Part shown: piece after piece, positions 29,951 to 39,005 of the stretch
How the letters are laid out: each line of letters starts with the position of its first letter
Numbering within the stretch: the first letter of the stretch is position 1
Origin: Bdellovibrionales bacterium
GTDB lineage: Bacteria > Bdellovibrionota > Bdellovibrionia > Bdellovibrionales > JAMPXM01
Direction: 5' to 3'
DNA length: 64,000 nucleotides
Assembly (NCBI GenBank): GCA_043739185.1
Contig: JAYUEN010000398.1
Span: 1 to 64,000 of the forward strand
Notes under the pieces: model-generated
The model's database searches: none
The model's input: only the letters and a program-made list of their open reading frames with translations
Told to the model about the DNA's origin: nothing
Made by a program: the position numbers and the translations under genes

Positions 29951-31933
29951 ATGTCGTTAATTAAAATTCATTTGCCAGATCAGTCTGTTATGGAGTTTGA
30001 CCACGAGCCGAGTGCGCTTGAAGTGGCAACACGCATCGGCCCAGGCCTTGCGAAGTCAACATTAGGAGCGAAAATCAATGGACTCCCTGAAGTCATCGAT
30101 TTTCGTCTTCCACTTAAAAATGGCACTAAACTAGAAATTGTTACCTTGAAAAGCCCTGAAGCCAACGATGTGATCCGGCATACTTCTGCTCATGTTATGG
30201 CACAGGCAGTTCAAGAGGTATTTCCGGATGTGAAGGTGACCATTGGTCCAGTGATCGATAATGGTTTCTTTTATGATTTCGATTCTCCAAGAAGTTTTAC
30301 TCCTGAAGATCTTGAGAAAATTGAAAAGAAGATGGCTGAAATCGTAGCAAAAGATTTCGAAATCAAGCGCGTAGATATTCCGATAGATGAAGCGATCGCA
30401 ACTTTTACTAAAATGGGTGAAAACTTCAAAGCAGAAATTATACAAGATTTAAAAGCCAAGGGCGAAAGCCAAGTTGGAATCTACCATCAAGGCCCATGGT
30501 TTGATCTTTGCCGAGGGCCTCACATCAAATCGACTGGTCAAATCAAAGCCTTTAAACTCTTGTCGATTGCAGGCTCGTACTGGCGTGGGGATGAAACTAA
30601 GGCTCGTCTGCAGCGTATTTACGCGACGGCTTTTTCTGATAAGAAAGATCTCGTTGAGTATTTACACAATCTCGAAGAAGCCAAAAAGCGCGATCATCGC
30701 AAGCTCGGTAAAGATCTCGGGCTTTTTCACTTTCATCAGTTGTCCCCAGGCGCTCCATTTTTTACGGGCAAGGGGGCCACAATCTACAATGAGCTTCAAA
30801 AGTATATGCGCGAGCTTTATTTTGAATTTGATTACGATGAAGTGATCACTCCGCAAATTTTTGATGTCGATCTTTATCATAAATCGGGACACTACGAGAA
30901 TTATCGCGAAAATATGTTTTTCACGCAAATTGATGAGCGCGAGTTTTCATCTAAGCCAATGAATTGTCCGGGCCATTGCTTGTTGTTTTCAGCTGAACGC
31001 CACTCGTATCGGGAGCTTCCTTTGAGAATGGCAGACTTCGGAAGGCTTCACCGTTACGAGCGTAGCGGAGTGATGCATGGATTGACCAGAGTGCGTTCGT
31101 TTTGCCAGGACGATGCCCATATTTTTTGTCGGGCAGATCAGATTCAATCTGAAATTTCAAACTTTGTGCAGCTACTTCAAAAGGTTTATTCCAAGCTAGG
31201 TATGAATGAATACAATATTTTTCTCTCAACTCGGCCGGCAAAGCGCATGGGTTCTGAAGAGGTTTGGAATAAAGCCGAAGCGGCTCTTGAGGCAGCCTTG
31301 AAGCAGCTGAATCTGCCTTATAAAATTAATCCTGGCGATGGTGCCTTTTACGGCCCAAAACTTGATATTATGTTTGTCGATGCGATTAAACGTTCATGGC
31401 AGCTGGGTACTTTGCAAGTTGATTTCAATTTGCCAGAGGCTTTTGATTTGAAATATGCCGGTGAAGACAATCAGGAGCATCGTCCGGTGATGCTTCATCG
31501 GGCGATTTTGGGATCTCTTGAGCGATTCATCGGTGTCTATCTCGAACACTGTGCGGGTCATTTGCCAACTTGGTTGTCGCCAGTTCAGGTACAGATTTTG
31601 AATGTAACCGATCGCCAAGATGCATTTTGCACCGAGCTTGAGGAGCAATTGTCTGGTCATGGGGTTCGAGTGCATTATGATTCACGTGGTGAAAAGTTGG
31701 GATTTAAGATTCGGGAAGCTCAGTTGCAGAAAGTCCCATATATGCTGATCGTTGGGGACAAAGAGTCGGATAATAAAACTCTGTCGGTCAGGTCTCGCAC
31801 CGGTAAAGTAAAAGATGGGGTTGGTCCAAAAGAATTTGCCCAAATGATATTAAATGAAATAAAAAATCGAAGTCTTGAGAGTGAAATGTTCCCTCAGGAT
31901 GTTGTTCAACATAACCAGGAGGTTAGCAATTAA
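29951..31933 (+). CDS. thrS: Threonine--tRNA ligase
   Basis: TGS domain, RHTSAHVMAQAV, DLCRGPH, KPMNCPGH, FYGPKLD, HRAILGSLERF. Confidence 0.98.
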   Translation: MSLIKIHLPDQSVMEFDHEPSALEVATRIGPGLAKSTLGAKINGLPEVIDFRLPLKNGTKLEIVTLKSPEANDVIRHTSAHVMAQAVQEVFPDVKVTIGPVIDNGFFYDFDSPRSFTPEDLEKIEKKMAEIVAKDFEIKRVDIPIDEAIATFTKMGENFKAEIIQDLKAKGESQVGIYHQGPWFDLCRGPHIKSTGQIKAFKLLSIAGSYWRGDETKARLQRIYATAFSDKKDLVEYLHNLEEAKKRDHRKLGKDLGLFHFHQLSPGAPFFTGKGATIYNELQKYMRELYFEFDYDEVITPQIFDVDLYHKSGHYENYRENMFFTQIDEREFSSKPMNCPGHCLLFSAERHSYRELPLRMADFGRLHRYERSGVMHGLTRVRSFCQDDAHIFCRADQIQSEISNFVQLLQKVYSKLGMNEYNIFLSTRPAKRMGSEEVWNKAEAALEAALKQLNLPYKINPGDGAFYGPKLDIMFVDAIKRSWQLGTLQVDFNLPEAFDLKYAGEDNQEHRPVMLHRAILGSLERFIGVYLEHCAGHLPTWLSPVQVQILNVTDRQDAFCTELEEQLSGHGVRVHYDSRGEKLGFKIREAQLQKVPYMLIVGDKESDNKTLSVRSRTGKVKDGVGPKEFAQMILNEIKNRSLESEMFPQDVVQHNQEVSN

Positions 31934-32654
31934 GAGCTTTAATAGTTCCAGACCAGCAGGAGGCACCGGTGGCGGTGGTTCAAGAGGATCTTTCGGCGGT
32001 GGAGGCGGCGGTGGCGCCCCTAAAAAAGGTGGCGGCAAGGATTCGCTCAGGATCAACCGAGAAATCAGAGCCCCAGAAGTACGCGTGATCGATGAAGATG
32101 GAACTATGCTTGGAGTATTTCCTCCACATGAAGCACTTAGGCTTGCTGAAGGCAAAGGCCTTGATTTAATTGAAATTGCGCCGACGGCAAAACCGCCGAC
32201 TTGCAAGATCATGGACTACGGAAAATTCAAATACGAGAACAAGAAAAAAGAACATCAAGCGCGCAAAAACCAAACAGTTATTACGATTAAAGAAATTCAA
32301 CTTCGACCCCGCACCGATCAACATGATCTCGACGTGAAATTGCGGGCAGCACGTGGCTTTTTGCTTGAAGGTGATAAAGTAAAAGTCAATTTGCGATATT
32401 ATGGTCGCGAAATGGCCCATCAAGAATTGGGTTTGGCGGTCCTGCAAAAAGTGACTGCGGCACTAATCGATATTGCGATGGTTGAGGTTCCTCCAAAAAT
32501 GGAAGGTCGCCAACTCTTCGTTTTGTATGCTCCAGATCCAGTTAAAATTAAGGAAATGGGCAAAGCGGCCGCTGCTGGGGCAGCTCGGGCAACTCCGCCA
32601 AAAGAGCAAAAAGATGCTCCGGCTACACCTGAAGCAGTTGAGAGCGCAGAGTAG
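31929..32654 (+). CDS. infC: Translation initiation factor IF-3 with ATT start codon
   Basis: RINREIRAPEVRVI..CKIMDYGKFKYE. AGGAGG at 31917-31922 lies 6 nt before an in-frame ATT at 31929; no ATG precedes the core. Confidence 0.93.
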   Translation: MKSFNSSRPAGGTGGGGSRGSFGGGGGGGAPKKGGGKDSLRINREIRAPEVRVIDEDGTMLGVFPPHEALRLAEGKGLDLIEIAPTAKPPTCKIMDYGKFKYENKKKEHQARKNQTVITIKEIQLRPRTDQHDLDVKLRAARGFLLEGDKVKVNLRYYGREMAHQELGLAVLQKVTAALIDIAMVEVPPKMEGRQLFVLYAPDPVKIKEMGKAAAAGAARATPPKEQKDAPATPEAVESAE

Positions 32655-32879
32655 GATCAGGCAGCGGGCAGCCGCTGCTGTAAACTGTTTCAGTTTCGGC
32701 GGGCGGGCACCTGATTGCCTGGCCCAGAACCCTGAATTTCTTTGAAAAGTCCTTGTCTTATCAGGCTTTAATCGACTATATCTTGTGCTCTCGCAAATTT
32801 TTTGCGGGTGTATTCTGTTTTGGGTTCACAAAGATTTTGGTCAATTTCGATCGAAACACCTACGCAGAGAAAGAACAAT

Positions 32880-33071
32880 ATGAAAACGAAAACCCACTCG
32901 GGTGCAAAAAAGCGTTTGATTCTTTTGCCAGGTGGCAAAGTTAAACGTAAGCAAGCTGGCCTCCGCCATCGTCTCAAAAGTCACAATTCAAAATTGAAAA
33001 GACACCTCGGTGATACGGTTTATGTTCACAGTGCGAATATGAATCAGACTCGTCGCTTACTTGGTTTCTAA
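32880..33071 (+). CDS. rpmI: 50S ribosomal protein L35
   Basis: MKTKTHSGAKKR..RHRL; located between infC and rplT. Confidence 0.95.
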   Translation: MKTKTHSGAKKRLILLPGGKVKRKQAGLRHRLKSHNSKLKRHLGDTVYVHSANMNQTRRLLGF

Positions 33072-33154
33072 TCAGTCCGTTGCTTATTGGTTTAAAGCCA
33101 ATAAATTTGAATCAAAAACTTAATAAATTTAGATAAATTTTCAGGAGAAGATGT

Positions 33155-33517
33155 ATGGCAAGAGTAAAAGGTGGCGTTACAGGCCGCAGACGACGTAAAA
33201 AGGTAATGGACCGAGCAGAAGGTTACTACTCATCTGGTAGTCGCTGCTTCATTCATGCAAAAGAAAAAAATGACCGTGGAATGGTATTTAGCTACCGCGA
33301 TCGCAAAGTCCGCAAGCGTGCATTCAGAACTTTGTGGATCACCCGTATCAATGCTGCAGCAAGAATCAATGGTACCAGCTATTCAACATTTATGAATTCC
33401 CTCGAAAAGGCCTCGTTGAATCTCGATCGTAAAGTTTTGGCTGATATGGCCGTAAACGATGCGACAGGCTTCGCAGCTTTAGTAGCGCGTGTGGTTCCAG
33501 GCCGAGTAGTTGCATAA
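33155..33517 (+). CDS. rplT: 50S ribosomal protein L20
   Basis: MARVKGG..YRDRKVRKRAFRTLWITRINAAAR..LDRKVLADMA. Confidence 0.98.
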   Translation: MARVKGGVTGRRRRKKVMDRAEGYYSSGSRCFIHAKEKNDRGMVFSYRDRKVRKRAFRTLWITRINAAARINGTSYSTFMNSLEKASLNLDRKVLADMAVNDATGFAALVARVVPGRVVA

Positions 33518-33553
33518 TATTTTAAAAGCAGAATTTTTTTTCAAATAAAATAA

Positions 33554-33585
33554 AAAGGCTCACCGATAGGTTGAGCCTTTCTTTT
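33554..33585 (+). terminator. Intrinsic (probably bidirectional) terminator after rplT
   Basis: AAAGGCTCA..TGAGCCTTT stem flanked by A and T tracts. Confidence 0.8.
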
Positions 33586-33621
33586 AGGTCGGTACTCAAA
33601 ACCGGCCTGGCAGAGTGAACA

Positions 33622-34665
33622 ATGACCAAGGGCGACTCTTTTCAAGAATTTGAACAACGAAAAGGTGATCATATTCGCTTGGCATTGTCGCAAAGCTCGC
33701 AAACCGAGAGTCTTTCCGGAATCGATCGCATTCGTCTCAAACACGAAGCATTTCCAGAAATGAATTTTGCGGATATCGATGTTTCTTGTGAACTCTTTGG
33801 TAAGAAGTTGCGATCACCTTTTTTTGTAAGCTCGATGACCGCTGGTCACGCGGGTTCTCTCAAGCTCAATCATCGCTTTGCCAAAGCCTGTAGTGAAAAA
33901 TCTTGGATCATGGGAGTGGGTTCCCAGAGAAGAGAGCTCTTTGATGAAAATGCCGGTCAGGAATGGCAGCAAATTCGCGCCGAATTTCCGGATTTGATTT
34001 TACTTAGTAATATTGGCCTGTCCCAACTAATTAAAACACCATTAGAAAAAATTCAAAAACTCATTAGCTCTTTAAAGGCTCAGGCCTTGATTGTTCATAC
34101 CAATCCGCTCCAGGAAGCACTTCAGCCGGAGGGAACCCCTGAATTTGAGCATGGATTAAAAGCTCTAAAAAATTCACTTCAATTCCTTTCAGTTCCTGTC
34201 ATAGTTAAAGAAACGGGTTGTGGCTTTTCAAAAGCTAGTCTTGAAAAGCTCAATGATATCGGAGTGCCTATAGTAGATTTGAGCGGATTGGGGGGAACCC
34301 ATTGGGGTCGAATTGAAGGCTTGAGATCAAAACCCATAGAAAAACTTCACAAGGCTTCGAAGGTTTTTGCTGATTGGGGCATTTCAACTGTAGAATCCTT
34401 ACTTAATGCTCGGTCAATTGGTCCTAAGTTTCAGATCTGGGCATCAGGTGGAGTGAGATCGGGTCTTGATGCTGCAAAATTTATTGCAATGGGCGCTTCG
34501 ATGGTGGGAATAGCAAAACCAATCTTGGCGGCGGCACTAGAGTCAGAAGAAGAATTGCTTTCAACGATGGAGCAATTTGAGTTTGAATTGCAGCTTGCAA
34601 TGTTCTGTTGTGGTGCCAAAAGCATCAAGCAGTTACAGGAGAATCAGGTATGGGAAAAGATTTAA
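33622..34665 (+). CDS. fni: Type 2 isopentenyl-diphosphate delta-isomerase
   Basis: RKGDHI, SSMTAG, MGVGSQR, HTNPLQEALQPEG, VKETGCG, ASGGVRSGLD. Confidence 0.95.
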   Translation: MTKGDSFQEFEQRKGDHIRLALSQSSQTESLSGIDRIRLKHEAFPEMNFADIDVSCELFGKKLRSPFFVSSMTAGHAGSLKLNHRFAKACSEKSWIMGVGSQRRELFDENAGQEWQQIRAEFPDLILLSNIGLSQLIKTPLEKIQKLISSLKAQALIVHTNPLQEALQPEGTPEFEHGLKALKNSLQFLSVPVIVKETGCGFSKASLEKLNDIGVPIVDLSGLGGTHWGRIEGLRSKPIEKLHKASKVFADWGISTVESLLNARSIGPKFQIWASGGVRSGLDAAKFIAMGASMVGIAKPILAAALESEEELLSTMEQFEFELQLAMFCCGAKSIKQLQENQVWEKI

Positions 34666-35948
34666 ATCCAGATTTGTTTCAAGGCTTTTCAAAGCTGACC
34701 CGAGATCAGCGTTTTGACCGTTTGGTTGCCATGGGAGCTTTAAATCGCGAAGACGTAAAATTTCTCAGCCGTGGTGGCATAAAGGATTTCAGTCTAGCAG
34801 AAAATTTCATTGAAAATGTCATTGGCTATTTTCAGATGCCGCTCGGAGTGGCGACCAATTTCTGTATCGACGGCCAGGAAATATTAATTCCGATGGCAGT
34901 TGAAGAGACCTCAATCATTGCGGCAGCAAGTAAGACCGCCAAGTGGGTGCGTGAATTTGGCGAGATTACAACTAAATCGTTGGGCCAACTCATCATTGGG
35001 CAAATTCAAATTTCAAAAGTTAAAAATTTTGATTTTTTAAATACCCAAATTCAACTTCATAAAAGCAATTTAATTCATGAAGCCAATCGCCAGGTTTCAA
35101 AGAGTATGGTCGAGCGTGGTGGCGGCGTTCGAGATATTGAAGTCAGAAGGCTCGACCGTGGAGATGGCCATGAAATGGCGATCTTGCATGTCTTAGCCGA
35201 CCCCTGTGATGCCATGGGTGCCAATGTGATAAATCAAATTTGTGAGTTTTTAAAAGCTCCGATTGAAGAACTCACTGGCGAAAATGTTACCATGTGCATA
35301 CTTTCAAATCTCGTAGACACCAAACTCACCCAAGCTCAGGTGAAATTGCGCGGAATTGATCCGGATCTTGCACTGCGAATTTGTGAAGCTTCGCTTTTTG
35401 CTCAGCAAGATCCTTATCGTGCAGCGACCAATAATAAGGGCGTTTTGAATGGCATTGATCCGATCTTGATTGCGACCGGAAATGACTGGCGCGCAGTTGA
35501 AGCCGGAGTTCACGCCTACGCTGCCAGATCAGGTCAATATCGCTCAATTACTAAATGGCAGTATATCAATGAAGAGCTAGTGGGAACCCTGGTCGCGCCC
35601 ATCGTGGCGGGTACAGTCGGCGGTGTTACTAAACTTCATCCTACGGCACAAATTTGTCTGAATATGCTTGCTGTCGAAAATGCATCTCATCTTTCACGAG
35701 TGATGGCGGCCGTCGGCCTCGTGCAGAATTTAGGCGCCCTAAAGGCCCTCACCACAGTGGGAATTATTGAAGGGCATATGAAGCTTCATATAAAAAATCT
35801 CAGTCTTGGCGCGGGCGCATCTGCTGATGAAATGTCCTATGTACAAACTAAACTTGAAGAGATTTTGAAATTGAAAAAGCGTATATCTTTACACAATGCA
35901 GTCGAAGTTTTGACTGAGCTTCGTGCGCGAAATGCAATCCACAGTTAA
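34650..35948 (+). CDS. mvaA: Class II HMG-CoA reductase
   Basis: IENVIG, PMAVEETSIIAA, DAMGAN, TGNDWRAVEAG, EGHMKLH. Start chosen from AGGAG at 34637. Confidence 0.93.
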   Translation: MGKDLNPDLFQGFSKLTRDQRFDRLVAMGALNREDVKFLSRGGIKDFSLAENFIENVIGYFQMPLGVATNFCIDGQEILIPMAVEETSIIAAASKTAKWVREFGEITTKSLGQLIIGQIQISKVKNFDFLNTQIQLHKSNLIHEANRQVSKSMVERGGGVRDIEVRRLDRGDGHEMAILHVLADPCDAMGANVINQICEFLKAPIEELTGENVTMCILSNLVDTKLTQAQVKLRGIDPDLALRICEASLFAQQDPYRAATNNKGVLNGIDPILIATGNDWRAVEAGVHAYAARSGQYRSITKWQYINEELVGTLVAPIVAGTVGGVTKLHPTAQICLNMLAVENASHLSRVMAAVGLVQNLGALKALTTVGIIEGHMKLHIKNLSLGAGASADEMSYVQTKLEEILKLKKRISLHNAVEVLTELRARNAIHS

Positions 35949-36879
35949 TTCACAGTCTGAAAAGACCTTGCTTGCCGAGCTTTCGGTTCCATCAAAGAGT
36001 TTTTTGATGGGAGAATATCTCATTCTCTTTGGTGGCCCGGCTTTGGTGATTGCGACCACCCCAAGATTTAAATTAAAAGTATTTGAGTCTAAAAAATCCT
36101 TTCATCCTTTTCATCCAAAATCGCCGGCAGGCTTGCTGCTTAAGGAACAAAATTTAAAAAATATCTTTTTTGAATTTAGTGATCCTTATTTTGGCTCAGG
36201 CGGTATGGGCGCATCTTCGGCGCAGTTTGTTTTGATTCATTCCTACCTCAATTTGAAAAAGGATATGAGCTGGCAAGCATTGTATAAGAGTTATCGGGCT
36301 CAAAGCTCAGGAGTCGAGAATTGGCGGAGACCAAGTGGCGGAGATGTCATTGCTCAGTTTATGGGGGGCATTAGCTCTTTTCATCCGCGGCTGAACAGTC
36401 TTGAAAACTTAAGTTGGAGTTTTTCAGATCTTGAATTTTCACTTTTTAAAACCTCACAAAAACTTGCAACCCACCTTCACTTAAATGAAGAGCGAGATTT
36501 TCAAAAGGATTTGCAAAAGCCCGAGCGCCTTAGCGAAGTCAGTGCTTTGGTTGAGCAGGCCAGCGCCGCACTTAAAGCTTGCAATAGTGATTCTTTTATT
36601 GAGGCCTTTGCTGCATTTTCAAAAATACTAGAGAGTTTAAAATTGGTGGCAGTTCCCACTCAGAAAATATTGAAGGCCTTGAGAATGCATTCTGAGGTTT
36701 TGGCGTCGAAGGGTTGCGGAGCAATGGGCGTTGATGTGATTTGTGTTTTACATCGGCCAGAACATAAGTCCTTGATTTTGGCGGAGGCTACGAACTTGGG
36801 GCTTAAGTTTCTGGCCAATCACAAACAGCTCGATTCTGCAGGCTTTCGAATTGATTCAGAAGCTTCGCTGAGGGTATAA
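35932..36879 (+). CDS. GHMP kinase, probable phosphomevalonate kinase
   Basis: PSKSFLMGEY, GMGASSA, PSGGD, KGCGAMGVD; position within the mevalonate operon. Confidence 0.7.
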   Translation: MQSTVNSQSEKTLLAELSVPSKSFLMGEYLILFGGPALVIATTPRFKLKVFESKKSFHPFHPKSPAGLLLKEQNLKNIFFEFSDPYFGSGGMGASSAQFVLIHSYLNLKKDMSWQALYKSYRAQSSGVENWRRPSGGDVIAQFMGGISSFHPRLNSLENLSWSFSDLEFSLFKTSQKLATHLHLNEERDFQKDLQKPERLSEVSALVEQASAALKACNSDSFIEAFAAFSKILESLKLVAVPTQKILKALRMHSEVLASKGCGAMGVDVICVLHRPEHKSLILAEATNLGLKFLANHKQLDSAGFRIDSEASLRV

Positions 36880-36888
36880 CAAAATCAA

Positions 36889-37950
36889 ATGAAACAAAAA
36901 ATAGGTGATCAAAAAATATGGCGTGCAAGTGCTCCTTCAAATATTGCGCTCATAAAGTATATGGGCAAAGTTGACAGCCTTGGCAATCACCCCAGCAATT
37001 CGTCTTTGTCCTATACACTTGATCACCTGCAGAGCTATGTCGAATTGAAACTCGTTAATCTGACTCAAGATGTGGATTCATGGCGGCCTTTAGAAGTTGA
37101 GGACCTTAGTAAGTTTGAGGATGCCCTGAGCCCCAGTTTTACCAAGCCAAATTTAAATGCTCAAGCGCAAACGCGTTTTCTAAAGCATCTTAAATTTGTA
37201 AAAGATAGTTTTCAGTTTCAAGGAAGTTTTGAAGTGCGCTCTGCCAATGGATTTCCGGCCGATTGTGGCCTGGCAAGTTCGGCCTCAAGTTTTGCCGCAT
37301 TGACTCTTTGTGCGAGCCAGGCTTTAACCGAGTTGACCGGTCGAAAATCTTTCTCTCGGCTCGAAATTTCAGAGATGTCACGTCATGGCTCGGGCTCATC
37401 TTGTCGCTCGCTATTTTCTCCGTGGGCAATTTGGAATTTCGAAGGTGCAAGTCCAGTTGACCTTGGCATTAAAAAATTGATTCATCAGGTAGTCGTAGTC
37501 GATAGCGCAAAGAAAAAGGTTTCGAGCAGTGAAGCGCATAAGCGAGTGACAACCAGTCCACTATTTTTAAATCGACGCGAGCGTGCGGAGCTAAGATTAA
37601 AAGAATTGATGACTTCTTTACGCGCAAACAATTGGGCCGCGAGTTACCAGATCATGTGGTCTGAGTTTTGGGATATGCAGGCTTTGTTTGAAACTTCTAA
37701 ACCGAGCTTTGGCTATTTGAGTGCGGACTCCGTACAGGTCTTGAGATGGCTGCAGCTAAATACTTGGGAACATCTCGGAGATGGTCCCCTCATCACTATG
37801 GATGCTGGTCCCAACGTTCATCTTTTGTACCGCGAAGATCAAAGGGAGATGGCAGAAATGGTTCAGCGTGAGCTCACTCCAATGATGAATGTCCTTTCGA
37901 GCTATGACTTTGAATCCTACCTTCGCCATTCAATAAAGAGTTCAAAATGA
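36889..37950 (+). CDS. mvaD: Diphosphomevalonate decarboxylase
   Basis: APSNIALIKYMGK, GLASSASSFAAL, GSGSSCRS, TMDAGPNVH. Confidence 0.93.
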   Translation: MKQKIGDQKIWRASAPSNIALIKYMGKVDSLGNHPSNSSLSYTLDHLQSYVELKLVNLTQDVDSWRPLEVEDLSKFEDALSPSFTKPNLNAQAQTRFLKHLKFVKDSFQFQGSFEVRSANGFPADCGLASSASSFAALTLCASQALTELTGRKSFSRLEISEMSRHGSGSSCRSLFSPWAIWNFEGASPVDLGIKKLIHQVVVVDSAKKKVSSSEAHKRVTTSPLFLNRRERAELRLKELMTSLRANNWAASYQIMWSEFWDMQALFETSKPSFGYLSADSVQVLRWLQLNTWEHLGDGPLITMDAGPNVHLLYREDQREMAEMVQRELTPMMNVLSSYDFESYLRHSIKSSK

Positions 37951-38858
37951 GCTTTCAAAATATGTCAGCACAAGCTTTCGGAAAGTGGATTCTCTCGGGA
38001 GAACATACCGTCATTCGCGGCGGTCCGGCGCTTGTGTTTCCGGTTTTTGCAAAATCACTTTCGCTGAAATATATCGCCGATCAAGCGCCCGCAAGTTGTC
38101 AATTCTTAGGTCAAAGCGGAAATGAATTTAAACTTTTGTTTTGGGGTGTGATGCAAAGAGGTTTGGAGCTGGCTCATAAATCTGGTACCGAACTCAAGGG
38201 AAGATTTGAGTTCGATAGTTCAGTCCCTGTCGGGGCCGGTTTGGGGGCTTCGGCGACTTTGTGTGTTACTGTTGCCAAATGGTTTCTCGCTCAAGAATTA
38301 ATTCGAGAGTCTGACGTATACGAATTTGCCCGTCAGCTTGAAAATTTATTTCATGGCGAAAGTAGTGGCGTCGATATTGCCGTTGCACTGTCAGGAAAGG
38401 CTTTGCATTTTGAGCGTGAAGGTAAATGTTATGATTTTCAACCTGCTTGGCAGCCCATTTGGTATATTTCACATACCGGGAAAAATGGGATTACTTCTGA
38501 ATGCGTAAGAAAGGTAAAACAACTTCAGGATCAGTTCCCAAGCTTAGCTCAAGAAATTGATTTGGATATGAAATCCGCCACGGCTAAGGCAGAGAAAGCA
38601 CTCGGCACTAAAACTGAAAATTCTTTAGCTGAATTGAGTATGGCGGTAGAATTGGCTCAGTCCTGTTTTCATAGGTGGGGACTTGCAGATGGTGACGTGG
38701 CAAAGCATATGGCAGCTCTCAAAGCTGCTGGAGCGCTTGCCGTAAAGCCAACTGGATCAGGTGATGGAGGTTATGTTTTGAGCCTCTGGAAGAGCTCGCC
38801 GAACGAAGCACTCAAAGAAATTCAAAACTTCTCATTGATCCCGCTTTTCAAGCAATAA
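37947..38858 (+). CDS. mvk: Mevalonate kinase
   Basis: GKWILSGEHTV, PVGAGLGASA, HGESSGVD, KPTGSGDGG. Confidence 0.88.
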   Translation: MSFQNMSAQAFGKWILSGEHTVIRGGPALVFPVFAKSLSLKYIADQAPASCQFLGQSGNEFKLLFWGVMQRGLELAHKSGTELKGRFEFDSSVPVGAGLGASATLCVTVAKWFLAQELIRESDVYEFARQLENLFHGESSGVDIAVALSGKALHFEREGKCYDFQPAWQPIWYISHTGKNGITSECVRKVKQLQDQFPSLAQEIDLDMKSATAKAEKALGTKTENSLAELSMAVELAQSCFHRWGLADGDVAKHMAALKAAGALAVKPTGSGDGGYVLSLWKSSPNEALKEIQNFSLIPLFKQ

Positions 38859-38864
38859 TTTTTT

Positions 38865-38895
38865 TCCTACTCCAGTCCTACTCCAGTCCTACTCA
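38865..38895. repeat. Short tandem repeat (TCCTACTCCAG x ~2.7)
   Basis: Read directly from the sequence. Confidence 0.85.
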
Positions 38896-39005
38896 ATGGG
38901 GAGGCGCCTTAGCTGCGTCTCGTCTAAGGCTTTCAATTTGATTTTCATTTTGGATGTGCTAGCGTTTTGCGAGCCTAAAAGAGGCTTATCTTGAGGGGGA
39001 TTTTT

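Noticed and set aside
31875..31928. ORF-track N-terminal extensions of infC (also rpmI 32802, pheS 42940, ihfA 46684, mvaA 34608, 7846)
   Set aside because: They overlap neighbouring genes or lack a ribosome-binding site; better starts at the conserved protein N-termini exist downstream.
38865..38895. CRISPR array
   Set aside because: Direct 11-bp tandem units with no spacers and no cas genes.
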